The translations under genes were made by a program, and so were the position numbers. The notes beneath the pieces were generated by a model that did not search any database, had not been told where the DNA came from, and was given only the letters and a program-made list of their open reading frames with translations. Shown here one piece after another: positions 1-8,396 of a stretch of 62,247 nucleotides of DNA; the first letter of the stretch is position 1; each line of letters opens with the position of its first letter. This stretch comes from a virus. The stretch lies in the IMG/VR virus record IMGVR_UViG_3300009285_004982. One strand, given 5' to 3'.

Positions 1-77
1 TATCTTGACGTGACGGGTATCGGGACAGGGGTTTATGATCGGCTGGTCGAGCTTGGTTTTCATGATAAAGCCATCCC
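1..77. repeat. Terminal 77-nt sequence identical to 62171..62247, marking closure of a circular or circularly permuted genome assembly
   Basis: Direct comparison: tatcttgacgtgacgggtatcggg...catgataaagccatccc occurs at both ends. The terL reading frame is continuous across the junction. Confidence 0.9.
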
Positions 78-444
78 GGTTAACTTCGGCGGTAAACCGA
101 TTGACGATCAAGATCCGCGAAGCGGAATCAAAAATACGGAAAAGTTTGCTGACTATTCAACTCAGATGTATGATAATCTTGCGGAGCTCATGCAACGCAT
201 GGAGATCGGTTTCCCGTTTGATGAAGAACTCAATTCGCAACTTCTGAATCGCCGTATGAAAATATTATCCAACGGGAAAAAGAAGATCGAACCGAAAGAC
301 GATTACAAATCTCGCGGGTTCGATTCTCCCGATGAAGCGGATGCGCTCGCTCTTTGTTTCTGTAATGCTCAGCCTCGGAATTATTCTCCGCCTGCGCAAT
401 ATTTTTATGACGAGGACGAAGAGCTAAGTAAGATTTTCTCGTAA
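1..444 (+). CDS. terL: Terminase large subunit, C-terminal (RNase-H-like nuclease) part
   Basis: Continuation of 61106..62247. Motifs DVTGIGTGVYDRL and GFDSPDEADALA are typical of terminase nuclease domains. Confidence 0.85.
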   Translation, partial: YLDVTGIGTGVYDRLVELGFHDKAIPVNFGGKPIDDQDPRSGIKNTEKFADYSTQMYDNLAELMQRMEIGFPFDEELNSQLLNRRMKILSNGKKKIEPKDDYKSRGFDSPDEADALALCFCNAQPRNYSPPAQYFYDEDEELSKIFS

Positions 445-454
445 GGGGATTATC

Positions 455-3208
455 ATGGACAATGGACATAAGCCAAGGGACATCCGTCCCTCCGTAGATC
501 TAAAAGATTTTGACACCGACACAGAAGACAAACCCACCCAGCCATACAATTTCCAGCTCATCGAAAACGATTACATTCGCAAACTAGAAGAAGACGATGT
601 CCGTCAATTCGCTCTCCCCGGAATAATACCGGGCGCCAAGAGCCAGGAAATCCAGGACGACCCGGACGGAACATGGCGCAATATCACCACAGGATTGCCG
701 GAGGGCGTCATCCCGACCGTCGATGATTTGCGGAAATGGAAAGACGCGAGTTACCAACGATACGAGATCGATCCAAATTATCGCGGGCTGATCGACGGGT
801 TTCTTTTCTTCACCATCGGGCAGGGAATGAAAATATCTCCGCTCGATGAATCACAGGAAGTCCGGGATTATGTCAGCGAGTGGATAAAAATAAACGAGTT
901 CGACGGACGTGATCGGGATCTCGTCGAGAAATTTCTGAAAGCCGGGGAATGCTATGTCCGATTTTTCACCACGGATGCCGATGGCCGCGCAGCGAAATAT
1001 CCGGCGATGCGTCTTTACAGCTACTGGGAAATAAATAAGATTGTCCGTGATCCGAAGAACAGGGAAAATATTCTTGAATTTCACCGGCCCTATCGAAACA
1101 GTAAAGGCGATGCGGATATCGAAATAATCCCAGGCGGCGAAATGATCCATATAAAATTCGGATGCAAAGACGACGAACGCGGAAAACCTCCGTTTGCCTC
1201 GATCATGAAGTTCTGCGAATATTATTCCGATTGGTTATTTAACCGTATCGTGCTCAACCGAACGAAGACGGCATTCTATCTTGAGATGATTGTTAAAGGT
1301 TCCCCGGCGGACGTGACGACGGCGGATAACGCGACGCCCGATAGCACGCGGGTAGGACGCGGCGGTAAGAAAATAAAACGGATGCCGAAACCGGGAACGG
1401 TATTGGTTCACAATGACGCCGTAGAGTACAAATGGCTCTCGCCGGATGTAAAAGCCGATGATGCGAAAGAAGATGGACGCGCCATTCGCATGGCAATTCT
1501 GGCCGGAGCCCAGGCACCGGAATTTCTATTGGGCGATGCCAGCCAATCGAACTATTCGTGCCATGATGAAAAAACGGAACTTTTAACAAAAAGAGGATGG
1601 GTCAAATATTCGGATATTTCTTCTAACGATAAAGTTGCAACAATGAATCTAGAAACAAATCATTTGGAATTTCAAAAGCCAAATAAAATTATAATTAATC
1701 GATACGACGGAGAAATGATAAAGATAAAATCACGAAGCAATGATTTACTTGTGACACCAAACCATCGGATCATTGGTACAAGAGAAATATTAACAAGAAC
1801 AGGAGGACGTCAAGCCCCATTGTTGAGAACAGGCCAAGTAAGAGATTGGGAATTTTTTGAAGCGGAAGAACTTTTGAAGCATAGATCATATTGGATCGTT
1901 CCAACAAAACTCGATTTACCGAAACCAAAAGACATGATTTCGTCTGTGACAATTGATGGGATTAATTCAAAGTTTAATGGATTCAACGATCATATCAGGA
2001 ATCCGAGATCGATTGAAATAGAAACATGGCTTCGATTCCTTGGTCATTGGTTAACAGATGGATGGATAACAAAAGATGGGATATCTACTCACTATATGGT
2101 TGGTATTTCCCAAAGACCTGGGGAAGTCGCTAATCGCATAAGGGAAAATTTGCAGAAAATGCCAAATTTTAAATTTCACGAATGTTTAAACGCAGATGGA
2201 ATGATTGCATTCCAGGCAAACGATAAAGGATTACACGGATGGCTCGAAACAAATTGTGGTTATGGAGCACTTAATAAAAGATTACCTAGTTTTTTTAGGA
2301 ATTTAGATAAAGATCAATCCCTCATTTTTTTGGATGCTCTTATTGATGGGGATGGCACTCGATATCCAAATGGGAGCATGCATTATAGGTCTTCCAGCAT
2401 TAAATTAATCGACGATGTGATGGAATTAATTTTAATGGCCGGATTTTTTCCTCAGCCACCATGGTCAAATTCAAATCCGAACGAATGTATGACGATTCCA
2501 ATTCGATATTATGACAAAAAACATATTAATCCGAATACGGAGGTGTCGCTTGAATATTATCATGGAGATGTATGGTGTGTTTCTGTTGATAACGAATCTA
2601 TCGTGACGAGAAGAAATGGAATGATTGCAATTACCGGGAATAGCACGATGATTGCCCAGAATCCGTTTGTACGCAAGATAGAGTATCTTCAGGATTTCAT
2701 CGAATATTACGTTTGCGATATATTCAAATGGGTTTTGAATTATGCGATACAGAATAAATTTCTTCCCTCGATATCGCAAGAGACAATTATGCGCGAGAAA
2801 GCTCATGACGTGACGCTCGTTCGACGGATGAAGAAATGGTTTGATTTCAAAGAGGCGTATGACAGCAACGGGAATATCGTCGTCAAAGAAAAAGTTCCGA
2901 CGAAAATAGATATCGATGTTAACTGGCCGCCGCTCATTGCCCAGAACATGCTGCAGGATTCTCAGGCCTATCAAATCCACCAGGCGATGGGTATCGTCTC
3001 GAACGAGACACTTGCACAGAAACTAGGATACGATTGGGAAGATGAACAGCGAAAGATGGAACGGGATGTGAATCAGGCAAAGGCGGATGACGCTGACATT
3101 GACGATGAGGAAGAAAAGAGAGACGAGGAAATAAAGAATCCGTTCTTAAAGAAGGAAGCGAATGCTTCCAAGGACGACGAGAAAGAAGACAGCGATGCCG
3201 ACGCTTGA
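455..3208 (+). CDS. Portal protein interrupted by an in-frame intein (1559..2641)
   Basis: 917-aa ORF directly after terL with RBS AAGGGGA and an acidic C-terminal tail. Exteins total about 556 aa. The insert is bounded by SNYS|C...TGN|S. Confidence 0.75.
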   Translation: MDNGHKPRDIRPSVDLKDFDTDTEDKPTQPYNFQLIENDYIRKLEEDDVRQFALPGIIPGAKSQEIQDDPDGTWRNITTGLPEGVIPTVDDLRKWKDASYQRYEIDPNYRGLIDGFLFFTIGQGMKISPLDESQEVRDYVSEWIKINEFDGRDRDLVEKFLKAGECYVRFFTTDADGRAAKYPAMRLYSYWEINKIVRDPKNRENILEFHRPYRNSKGDADIEIIPGGEMIHIKFGCKDDERGKPPFASIMKFCEYYSDWLFNRIVLNRTKTAFYLEMIVKGSPADVTTADNATPDSTRVGRGGKKIKRMPKPGTVLVHNDAVEYKWLSPDVKADDAKEDGRAIRMAILAGAQAPEFLLGDASQSNYSCHDEKTELLTKRGWVKYSDISSNDKVATMNLETNHLEFQKPNKIIINRYDGEMIKIKSRSNDLLVTPNHRIIGTREILTRTGGRQAPLLRTGQVRDWEFFEAEELLKHRSYWIVPTKLDLPKPKDMISSVTIDGINSKFNGFNDHIRNPRSIEIETWLRFLGHWLTDGWITKDGISTHYMVGISQRPGEVANRIRENLQKMPNFKFHECLNADGMIAFQANDKGLHGWLETNCGYGALNKRLPSFFRNLDKDQSLIFLDALIDGDGTRYPNGSMHYRSSSIKLIDDVMELILMAGFFPQPPWSNSNPNECMTIPIRYYDKKHINPNTEVSLEYYHGDVWCVSVDNESIVTRRNGMIAITGNSTMIAQNPFVRKIEYLQDFIEYYVCDIFKWVLNYAIQNKFLPSISQETIMREKAHDVTLVRRMKKWFDFKEAYDSNGNIVVKEKVPTKIDIDVNWPPLIAQNMLQDSQAYQIHQAMGIVSNETLAQKLGYDWEDEQRKMERDVNQAKADDADIDDEEEKRDEEIKNPFLKKEANASKDDEKEDSDADA
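1559..2641 (+). mobile_element. Class-1 intein (361 aa) with a LAGLIDADG homing-endonuclease domain
   Basis: Cys1 (CHDEKTELLT), block B LLVTPNHRI (TxxH), two LAGLIDADG-like motifs (LRFLGHWLTDGW and FLDALIDGDGT), blocks F/G DVWCVSVDNESIV...GMIAITGN, then Ser+1. The segment is visibly more AT-rich than its flanks. Confidence 0.8.
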
Positions 3209-5243
3209 TATTCCTCTCCTAACCCAGAAGATAAGCGCCCGATATCCAGCGGTGCTGGCCAATCCAAAACATAAGGCGGATCTTATCGGCTTGATCAAGA
3301 AAGGGAACGAGGACAAGGCCGTTATTTATGCGAAGGATATTCTTGATCGGAAACCAAACCTGAAAGCCCATAATAAGATCGCCGTCGATCAACGATTACA
3401 ACGGCGAGAGTGGATGATATTCCAAATTGAAGTCGAGAAAACATTGAAAGATATCTACAACACACTGGCCGACAAAGTTAGTAAATTGCTCACCAACGCA
3501 GCGGATGATTCCGGTATTATTCCGTTCGCGAAATCAAGACACTTACTGAAGAGGATTCGTGATCTTGTTTATGAATCATATTCGGAAATTACTGTCCTTG
3601 TCAAAAGCGCGGTTAGGAAATCAATCAAAGACGGACTTTTCCAAACAGGAGACGCGGCCCAAGTTGGTGCTGATTATGCCCAGGAAGAAACAGATTTACG
3701 ATTTCCTGACGATCATGTAAATCTGGATTTGGTGGAAGCACCTGTCAAACCTGGGATGTTAAAGACGAGCGGCGTCTTCCAAAAGATATTTAACCGTGTG
3801 AAAAAGATGCGGATTGAGAAAGGCCTTTTCCCATTCAAGCCCAGGCCGCGTCAGATCGGCGGTTACGCGACAGGCCAGCCGCTCAGTCGCCTCATCTGGG
3901 ATGTGCGCCAATCTCATCTGAGTAAGATGCGAACCACGGTGGCCAATGGAATAGCCCAAGGGCGATCCGCCATCTCCGTCGCGAAAGATATCGAGAAATT
4001 TACCAGGGCTGGTCTCGCCGCACAAGCGAAAACGATTGGACGAACGTCCATTACTCCTTCCGGCCCTGGGATTTATGCCTCGTCGTATAAGAACGCGCTT
4101 CGTGTCGCCCGCACGGAGATGAACTCGGCTTATGTCTCGGCCCAGCTTGAATACGTGAAGCAGAAGGGGTATCAGGTTCAGTGGCATATAAATCCTGAGG
4201 CATGCCCGTTATGTGAACCACGAGACGGTAAGATATACGACCCAGAAGATGCAGATATACCTCTCCATCCAAACTGTGTTACGGAAGACACATTAATTTT
4301 GACATTGAAAGGTTCAATTAAAATATCAGAATTATGTGCGGGAGATATGGTCTATGGAAAATCTGGTTATCCAAGAAAAATTACGAAAGTTCATAAGAAT
4401 CGGTTCGATGGGTTTATCTATGATATGAATGGTTTAAAAATCACAGGAAATCATTCCCCATTTCTTTACAAAAGGGGATGGGTCAATGCGGAGAATATCA
4501 CAGAGAGGGATAAAATATTTAGGGCTGAATCGATTATGGTGGAAAAACACGGGGACGATTTTCCAACCAATTTTCATAAGCCAATCCGCTTTTATAATAT
4601 CTTGAACTCTTTTTTTTCTGGAATAATGCCATCCGCCGCCATGAATTTCAATACCAGTTTTTTCACTTGGAATCGCAAGATCGATATTAAATTTCCCAAC
4701 AGCCATGTTGATGATATGGGGGATACTATAAAGATCGAGAAATCGGCTCATTTCAATTTCTCCATGCGTTGGTTTCATATATTTTTCTTTAGATTTCGCC
4801 TGTTTGCACAATACCTCATATGGTCTTTTTACGCCCCTTACAGCATCATGGGCGTTTTTAACTATATGGGCACGTTTGGCAGGGCTATACCTTGTCCAGC
4901 TCAATTTCCCAGCTTCGGACAAAGATCTCCATCTAAATCCAAATTTCAAAAATCTATCAGTGATACATTTCCGGCTGATTCCTTCGATTTTGGATATATC
5001 AAGAATGCTTTCCCCGTTCATATGCCTTCGATGGAAATCATGGACGTTGAATCTGATCATTTTTTTCGACATGGAGACATTCTGTATAAGATTGTGCCTG
5101 TCAAATTAAAAAAAAATAAGTTTTCTGGTTATGTTTATAATATTACTGTCGATGAAGATGAATCTTATTGGGCCAATCGAATCCTTGTTCATAATTGTTC
5201 ATGCTGGGTAAGTACATTCATTCCCGGTCTGAGCGAAGAATGA
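3162..5243 (+). CDS. Head morphogenesis protein (Mu F / SPP1 gp7 family) interrupted by an in-frame intein (4275..5195)
   Basis: ARTEMNSAY...CPLCEPRDGKIYDPEDADIPLHPN | intein | CSCWV reconstitutes the family HPNC(R/S)C motif. The gene follows the portal gene. An alternative start is ATG 3195. Confidence 0.75.
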   Translation: MLPRTTRKKTAMPTLDIPLLTQKISARYPAVLANPKHKADLIGLIKKGNEDKAVIYAKDILDRKPNLKAHNKIAVDQRLQRREWMIFQIEVEKTLKDIYNTLADKVSKLLTNAADDSGIIPFAKSRHLLKRIRDLVYESYSEITVLVKSAVRKSIKDGLFQTGDAAQVGADYAQEETDLRFPDDHVNLDLVEAPVKPGMLKTSGVFQKIFNRVKKMRIEKGLFPFKPRPRQIGGYATGQPLSRLIWDVRQSHLSKMRTTVANGIAQGRSAISVAKDIEKFTRAGLAAQAKTIGRTSITPSGPGIYASSYKNALRVARTEMNSAYVSAQLEYVKQKGYQVQWHINPEACPLCEPRDGKIYDPEDADIPLHPNCVTEDTLILTLKGSIKISELCAGDMVYGKSGYPRKITKVHKNRFDGFIYDMNGLKITGNHSPFLYKRGWVNAENITERDKIFRAESIMVEKHGDDFPTNFHKPIRFYNILNSFFSGIMPSAAMNFNTSFFTWNRKIDIKFPNSHVDDMGDTIKIEKSAHFNFSMRWFHIFFFRFRLFAQYLIWSFYAPYSIMGVFNYMGTFGRAIPCPAQFPSFGQRSPSKSKFQKSISDTFPADSFDFGYIKNAFPVHMPSMEIMDVESDHFFRHGDILYKIVPVKLKKNKFSGYVYNITVDEDESYWANRILVHNCSCWVSTFIPGLSEE
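4275..5195 (+). mobile_element. Class-1 intein (307 aa) lacking a recognisable sense-strand endonuclease domain
   Basis: Cys1 CVTEDTLILTLKG, block B LKITGNHSPF, blocks F/G GYVYNITVDEDESYWANRILVHN, then Cys+1. The central part is low-complexity on the + strand. Confidence 0.75.
4434..5072 (-). CDS. Vsr/DUF559-like PD-(D/E)XK endonuclease (putative homing endonuclease) encoded antisense inside the Mu-F intein
   Basis: 212-aa ORF, codon-aligned antisense to the intein frame. Core motif KFNIDLAIPSEKTGIEIHGGGWH...DWLMKIGWKIV, with an HTH-like N-terminal region. No obvious RBS. Confidence 0.55.
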   Translation of the reverse strand: MSKKMIRFNVHDFHRRHMNGESILDISKIEGISRKCITDRFLKFGFRWRSLSEAGKLSWTRYSPAKRAHIVKNAHDAVRGVKRPYEVLCKQAKSKEKYMKPTHGEIEMSRFLDLYSIPHIINMAVGKFNIDLAIPSEKTGIEIHGGGWHYSRKKRVQDIIKADWLMKIGWKIVPVFFHHNRFSPKYFIPLCDILRIDPSPFVKKWGMISCDF

Positions 5244-5349
5244 AACCGCAATGCCCGATCTGTGGAGAAGAATTTGATATCGAAGATAGATGCCCGAATG
5301 AAGACATTGAAGGGAATCACAGTTAAAGGATAACAAATAGGGTGTTAAT

Positions 5350-5568
5350 ATGACCGAAGACAATAGGTGGTGTTTTAAATTTCCTAAACCATTAAGTAAA
5401 TCAAACACGCGAAAAATGATTGGATTTATTTCCAACGCTATATGGCAATTTTATGAAAAGGTGGGAAACCCATTAACAAAATTAGAAATTCATTATCCAG
5501 ATGGTTCTGGGGAATCAATGATAGATTGTTTCACTGAGCCCGTAAAAGAAACGGATCAAGACAGATAA
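5350..5568 (+). CDS. Hypothetical protein
   Basis: 72-aa + strand ORF, no recognisable motif. Confidence 0.4.
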   Translation: MTEDNRWCFKFPKPLSKSNTRKMIGFISNAIWQFYEKVGNPLTKLEIHYPDGSGESMIDCFTEPVKETDQDR

Positions 5569-5760
5569 GGGATCATAGTTAGATGTGCAAATTCTATGTC
5601 GATGTGAAAAACAGGCGCATATTATGCTTTACGAGATCAGAGGATGGGGGAGGCCGAGGTACTACAAAGTTTTCTATTGCCGAGAATGCTGGTTCGTTTA
5701 TGTCAGGCAAGAGATGAATCCCATTAGAAGACCGGATCGAATTATCATGGATAACGAAAT

Positions 5761-6003
5761 ATGAACGGAAACAATCAGGTAAAATTTGACCGGATATTCA
5801 AGTTCGTCACGGATCTTGCGGATAGGATCATTCCTCTTCCACAGACATTCATTTCCGATAGTGAAAAGGTTTTCCTGAATGGTCTTGGACAGGATAAAGA
5901 AGAAAATGATTATTCCCTCGTCAATAAAATAGTTTATCTAGATCCGGATTTAGAAATGAAGATTGGTGACAAATTAGAAGTTTATTATTGCGCGGAGGTA
6001 TGA
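5761..6003 (+). CDS. Hypothetical protein
   Basis: 80-aa ORF in the + strand gene train. Its ATG overlaps an upstream small ORF stop. Confidence 0.45.
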   Translation: MNGNNQVKFDRIFKFVTDLADRIIPLPQTFISDSEKVFLNGLGQDKEENDYSLVNKIVYLDPDLEMKIGDKLEVYYCAEV

Positions 6004-6004
6004 A

Positions 6005-6631
6005 ATGAAAATACGTTTTTCTACTCAAGTTAAAACAGGTAGTTTCGATCTCGGCCTGCACAAACCAGTACGGGTCGCATCGATAGCAAATATTGATTTG
6101 ACGACCGGCGGATTGTTGACAATTGATGGAGTCACGCTTGTTGCCGACGATAGGGTACTCGTCAAAAATCAAACAGTCGGATCTGAGAACGGAATCTATT
6201 CAGCAGAGACGACAGCCTGGATACGAACTGATGATTTCGATGAAAGCGGGGAAATAATTTCCGGTTCTATCATCGCAGTTCAGGAAGGAACGGTTAACGC
6301 TGATACCCTGTTTGTCCTTTCGACCGATGGTACGATCATACTGGGGACGACATCGCTCTCATTCGTGAAGACAACCGTCAATCCATCGGATGTCCTTTTC
6401 AAATCGAATTGGATTCCGAATGAAATTCCATCCGGCGCCATCAATGGGACGAATGTCACCTTCACGCTGGCGAATACGCCGGATATTATCGTCTCCGTCA
6501 CGATAAACGGAATAGATCAGTTAGACCCGGATGATTATTCGATAACAGGATCAACGATAACATTGGTTGACGCACCGAAGGGATCTCCGGGAAATCCCGA
6601 CAAGTTATTGGCCAGTTACTTCAAAGTGTGA
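6005..6631 (+). CDS. Putative virion fiber or decoration protein (conserved phage fiber N-domain plus Ig-like C-terminal region)
   Basis: VRVASIANIDLTTGGLLTIDGVTLVADDRVLVKNQT..NGIY...WIRTDDFD matches a module I recognise from phage fiber proteins. The C-terminus is beta-rich: NGTNVTFTLANTP...ITGSTITL. Confidence 0.4.
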   Translation: MKIRFSTQVKTGSFDLGLHKPVRVASIANIDLTTGGLLTIDGVTLVADDRVLVKNQTVGSENGIYSAETTAWIRTDDFDESGEIISGSIIAVQEGTVNADTLFVLSTDGTIILGTTSLSFVKTTVNPSDVLFKSNWIPNEIPSGAINGTNVTFTLANTPDIIVSVTINGIDQLDPDDYSITGSTITLVDAPKGSPGNPDKLLASYFKV

Positions 6632-7008
6632 GAATAAGATCGTCGCAATTATTTATCCACAAAGACAATGCGAAGGATAATCAAGAATCGAATACATCGT
6701 CCAGGAATTGGCAGACGAAACTGGTTCTCTCTTTCACTTCTTACGGGGAGAAATTCATGTTATTTTGGACAGTAGAGGGAAAAGCCATGATCAAAGAGAA
6801 TGCCGTTATTCAAGTCATCGCCGACGATACGAATGTCATAAACGAGAGCGTTATCCCGAATATGAATTCAGGGGAATATGTTGTTAGCACGGGATTTGAA
6901 TTCGGGAATTTACCGGCAGGTCAGCATACCGCGAAATTGAATTACAAAAGCTTGACTGGGAAATCCGTATCGGTTCGCAATGCTCGCCTTTGGCTGATAG
7001 AGAATTGA
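6628..7008 (+). CDS. Hypothetical protein
   Basis: 126-aa ORF with a GTG start overlapping the upstream stop. Confidence 0.45.
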   Translation: MRIRSSQLFIHKDNAKDNQESNTSSRNWQTKLVLSFTSYGEKFMLFWTVEGKAMIKENAVIQVIADDTNVINESVIPNMNSGEYVVSTGFEFGNLPAGQHTAKLNYKSLTGKSVSVRNARLWLIEN

Positions 7009-7010
7009 AT

Positions 7011-7235
7011 ATGAATAATCTCGGCGAAGCGATTATCTATCTTGAACAAGCCAGGAAAGAGATCGCCAATTTGGTCGTCGATTTCAATGAGCCGACGGGA
7101 ATTCAGATCACGAATAATTACAACAAGATTATCGTTCTAAAAAAAATAGACGAAGCGATTTCAATTCTGGAACATGAACCAATCGACGGCTTTATCTTAA
7201 GAGAGACAACATCGACGGACAAAATAACAATCTAA
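7011..7235 (+). CDS. Hypothetical protein
   Basis: ATG at 7011, two nt after the upstream stop. The ORF track extends it to TTG 6990. Confidence 0.45.
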   Translation: MNNLGEAIIYLEQARKEIANLVVDFNEPTGIQITNNYNKIIVLKKIDEAISILEHEPIDGFILRETTSTDKITI

Positions 7236-7268
7236 AGAAAATGCTTGACATTAAAATTTTAAACACTC

Positions 7269-7484
7269 ATGATTATTGAGAATGCTCAAGAACTTTTATC
7301 CGAATTGAGCAGAAACGGATTTTGGGGAGTGGCTGAATTCAGATTCAAGGGAGGCGCCGTCTCTGGCGCGAGGCTGATTCAGACTCTCTCACGGGTGGAC
7401 GACACGCAATCACTTGTGGTCATCCAGCCGGAAGAAGATAGAATCGCATTAAGGGAAAATTATCCTAAGGTCGAAGTTGGCTAA
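7269..7484 (+). CDS. Hypothetical protein
   Basis: 71-aa ORF. Confidence 0.45.
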   Translation: MIIENAQELLSELSRNGFWGVAEFRFKGGAVSGARLIQTLSRVDDTQSLVVIQPEEDRIALRENYPKVEVG

Positions 7485-7520
7485 CCCCAGCTAGACTAAG
7501 CGTTATCGGGAAAAACCCAG

Positions 7521-7622
7521 GCGCATTAATCGGTTGAACATGTTAAAGCATGTTAACTATGAAGTTCAGGTTAACATGTTTCGACGAATGTCGGTGTTCA
7601 TCGTGATTAATGCGCTTTTTTA
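7521..7622 (+). terminator. Long compound hairpin followed by a T7 run (intrinsic-terminator-like structured element)
   Basis: Outer stem GCGCATTAATC (7521..7531) / GATTAATGCGC (7605..7615) plus TGAACA/TGTTCA. Inner stem CATGTTAAC (7549..7557) / GTTAACATG (7570..7578), with a competing extra CATGTTAA copy at 7539..7546. T-run at 7616..7622. Confidence 0.45.
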
Positions 7623-7640
7623 TGGCCCGTAAGTTTATGT

Positions 7641-8396
7641 ATGCCAGAAATAAAATATGGACTTTTTAAAAAAACATCAGTTACAAAAGAATTTAATCCG
7701 AACCATGATTCGGACGGGAAATTCGGAAGCGGAGGCGCGGGATCAGGTAGCAGCGTCGGGTCTGGCGGTAGCAGTGGAGGGGCATCGGGCGCAAGTTCAG
7801 TCGGCGGATCTCCCGGTATTGCTGGAGGATCTGCCAGTGAGTTTTCCTCAGACGAATACAATCAATTTAACCGGCAAGTTCGGCAAACGCGAAGTCCTGA
7901 AACCTACGATGCTGTCCAGGATTATCAATCAAGCGCTACTGGATATCAGTCGACAAATTCTTATCTTCGCGGAAGTTCAAGCATGAGTCCAGCCGAACGC
8001 AAAGATGCGGATAGAATAACAAAGGGTCTCGATAAAGCTTTTGATAGAGCTCCCGCATTAAATCGAGATATCCTTGTTCATCGCGGTGTTGATGTAGATC
8101 GATTTGGAACTTCGAACGCGAATGATTTGGTAGGTAAAACATTAACGGATCGCGGTTTCGTTTCAACATCGGCAACAAGAAATGTGGCTAAAAATTTCTC
8201 AAAGAAATCAAATCCGGCGTATATGGAAATATCTGTACGTCGTGGTACAAAAGTTCTAACCCCGAATGGAATTACGAGCTCCAATAGATTCAGGGGAGAA
8301 AGAGAAATTCTTTTGAAGAGAAATTCTAGTTTCAAAATAACGGGTTCAAGGAAAGACGGAGCCTACACCGTTATACAGGCAGATCATGTCTCTTGA
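7641..8396 (+). CDS. ADP-ribosyltransferase, R-S-E (C3/VIP2/iota-like) class, with an N-terminal Gly/Ser-rich linker
   Basis: Catalytic triad motifs in the canonical order: ILVHRG (Arg), GFVSTSAT (STS), FRGEREILL (ExE). About 45-aa G/S-rich tract after an N-terminal FNPNHDSDGKFG motif. The 3' end overlaps the scaffold gene. Confidence 0.75.
   Translation: MPEIKYGLFKKTSVTKEFNPNHDSDGKFGSGGAGSGSSVGSGGSSGGASGASSVGGSPGIAGGSASEFSSDEYNQFNRQVRQTRSPETYDAVQDYQSSATGYQSTNSYLRGSSSMSPAERKDADRITKGLDKAFDRAPALNRDILVHRGVDVDRFGTSNANDLVGKTLTDRGFVSTSATRNVAKNFSKKSNPAYMEISVRRGTKVLTPNGITSSNRFRGEREILLKRNSSFKITGSRKDGAYTVIQADHVS

Noticed and set aside
1-77. The 77-nt terminal repeat as a biological direct terminal repeat or cos site
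   Set aside because: It lies in the middle of the terL coding sequence and is most simply an assembly overlap. This cannot be settled without reads.
316-330. GGGTTCGATTCTCCC, which looks like a tRNA T-arm
   Set aside because: It lies inside the terL reading frame (RGFDSPDEA). No acceptor, D or anticodon arms can be built around it. I found no tRNA-like cloverleaf elsewhere.
4804-5109. Same-strand alternative ORF (101 aa) within the Mu-F intein
   Set aside because: It carries no motifs and overlaps both the intein frame and the antisense endonuclease ORF, so it is considered a chance ORF.
7245-7273. TTGACA-N17-CATGAT promoter-like match upstream of 7269
   Set aside because: The putative -10 overlaps the ATG of the next gene, leaving no room for a leader, so it is probably fortuitous.
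7607-7986. Alternative-frame ORFs 7657..7986 (+) and 7607..7861 (-) over the start of the ART gene
   Set aside because: They arise from the GC-rich Gly/Ser-linker coding repeat. The ART frame carries the recognisable motifs.
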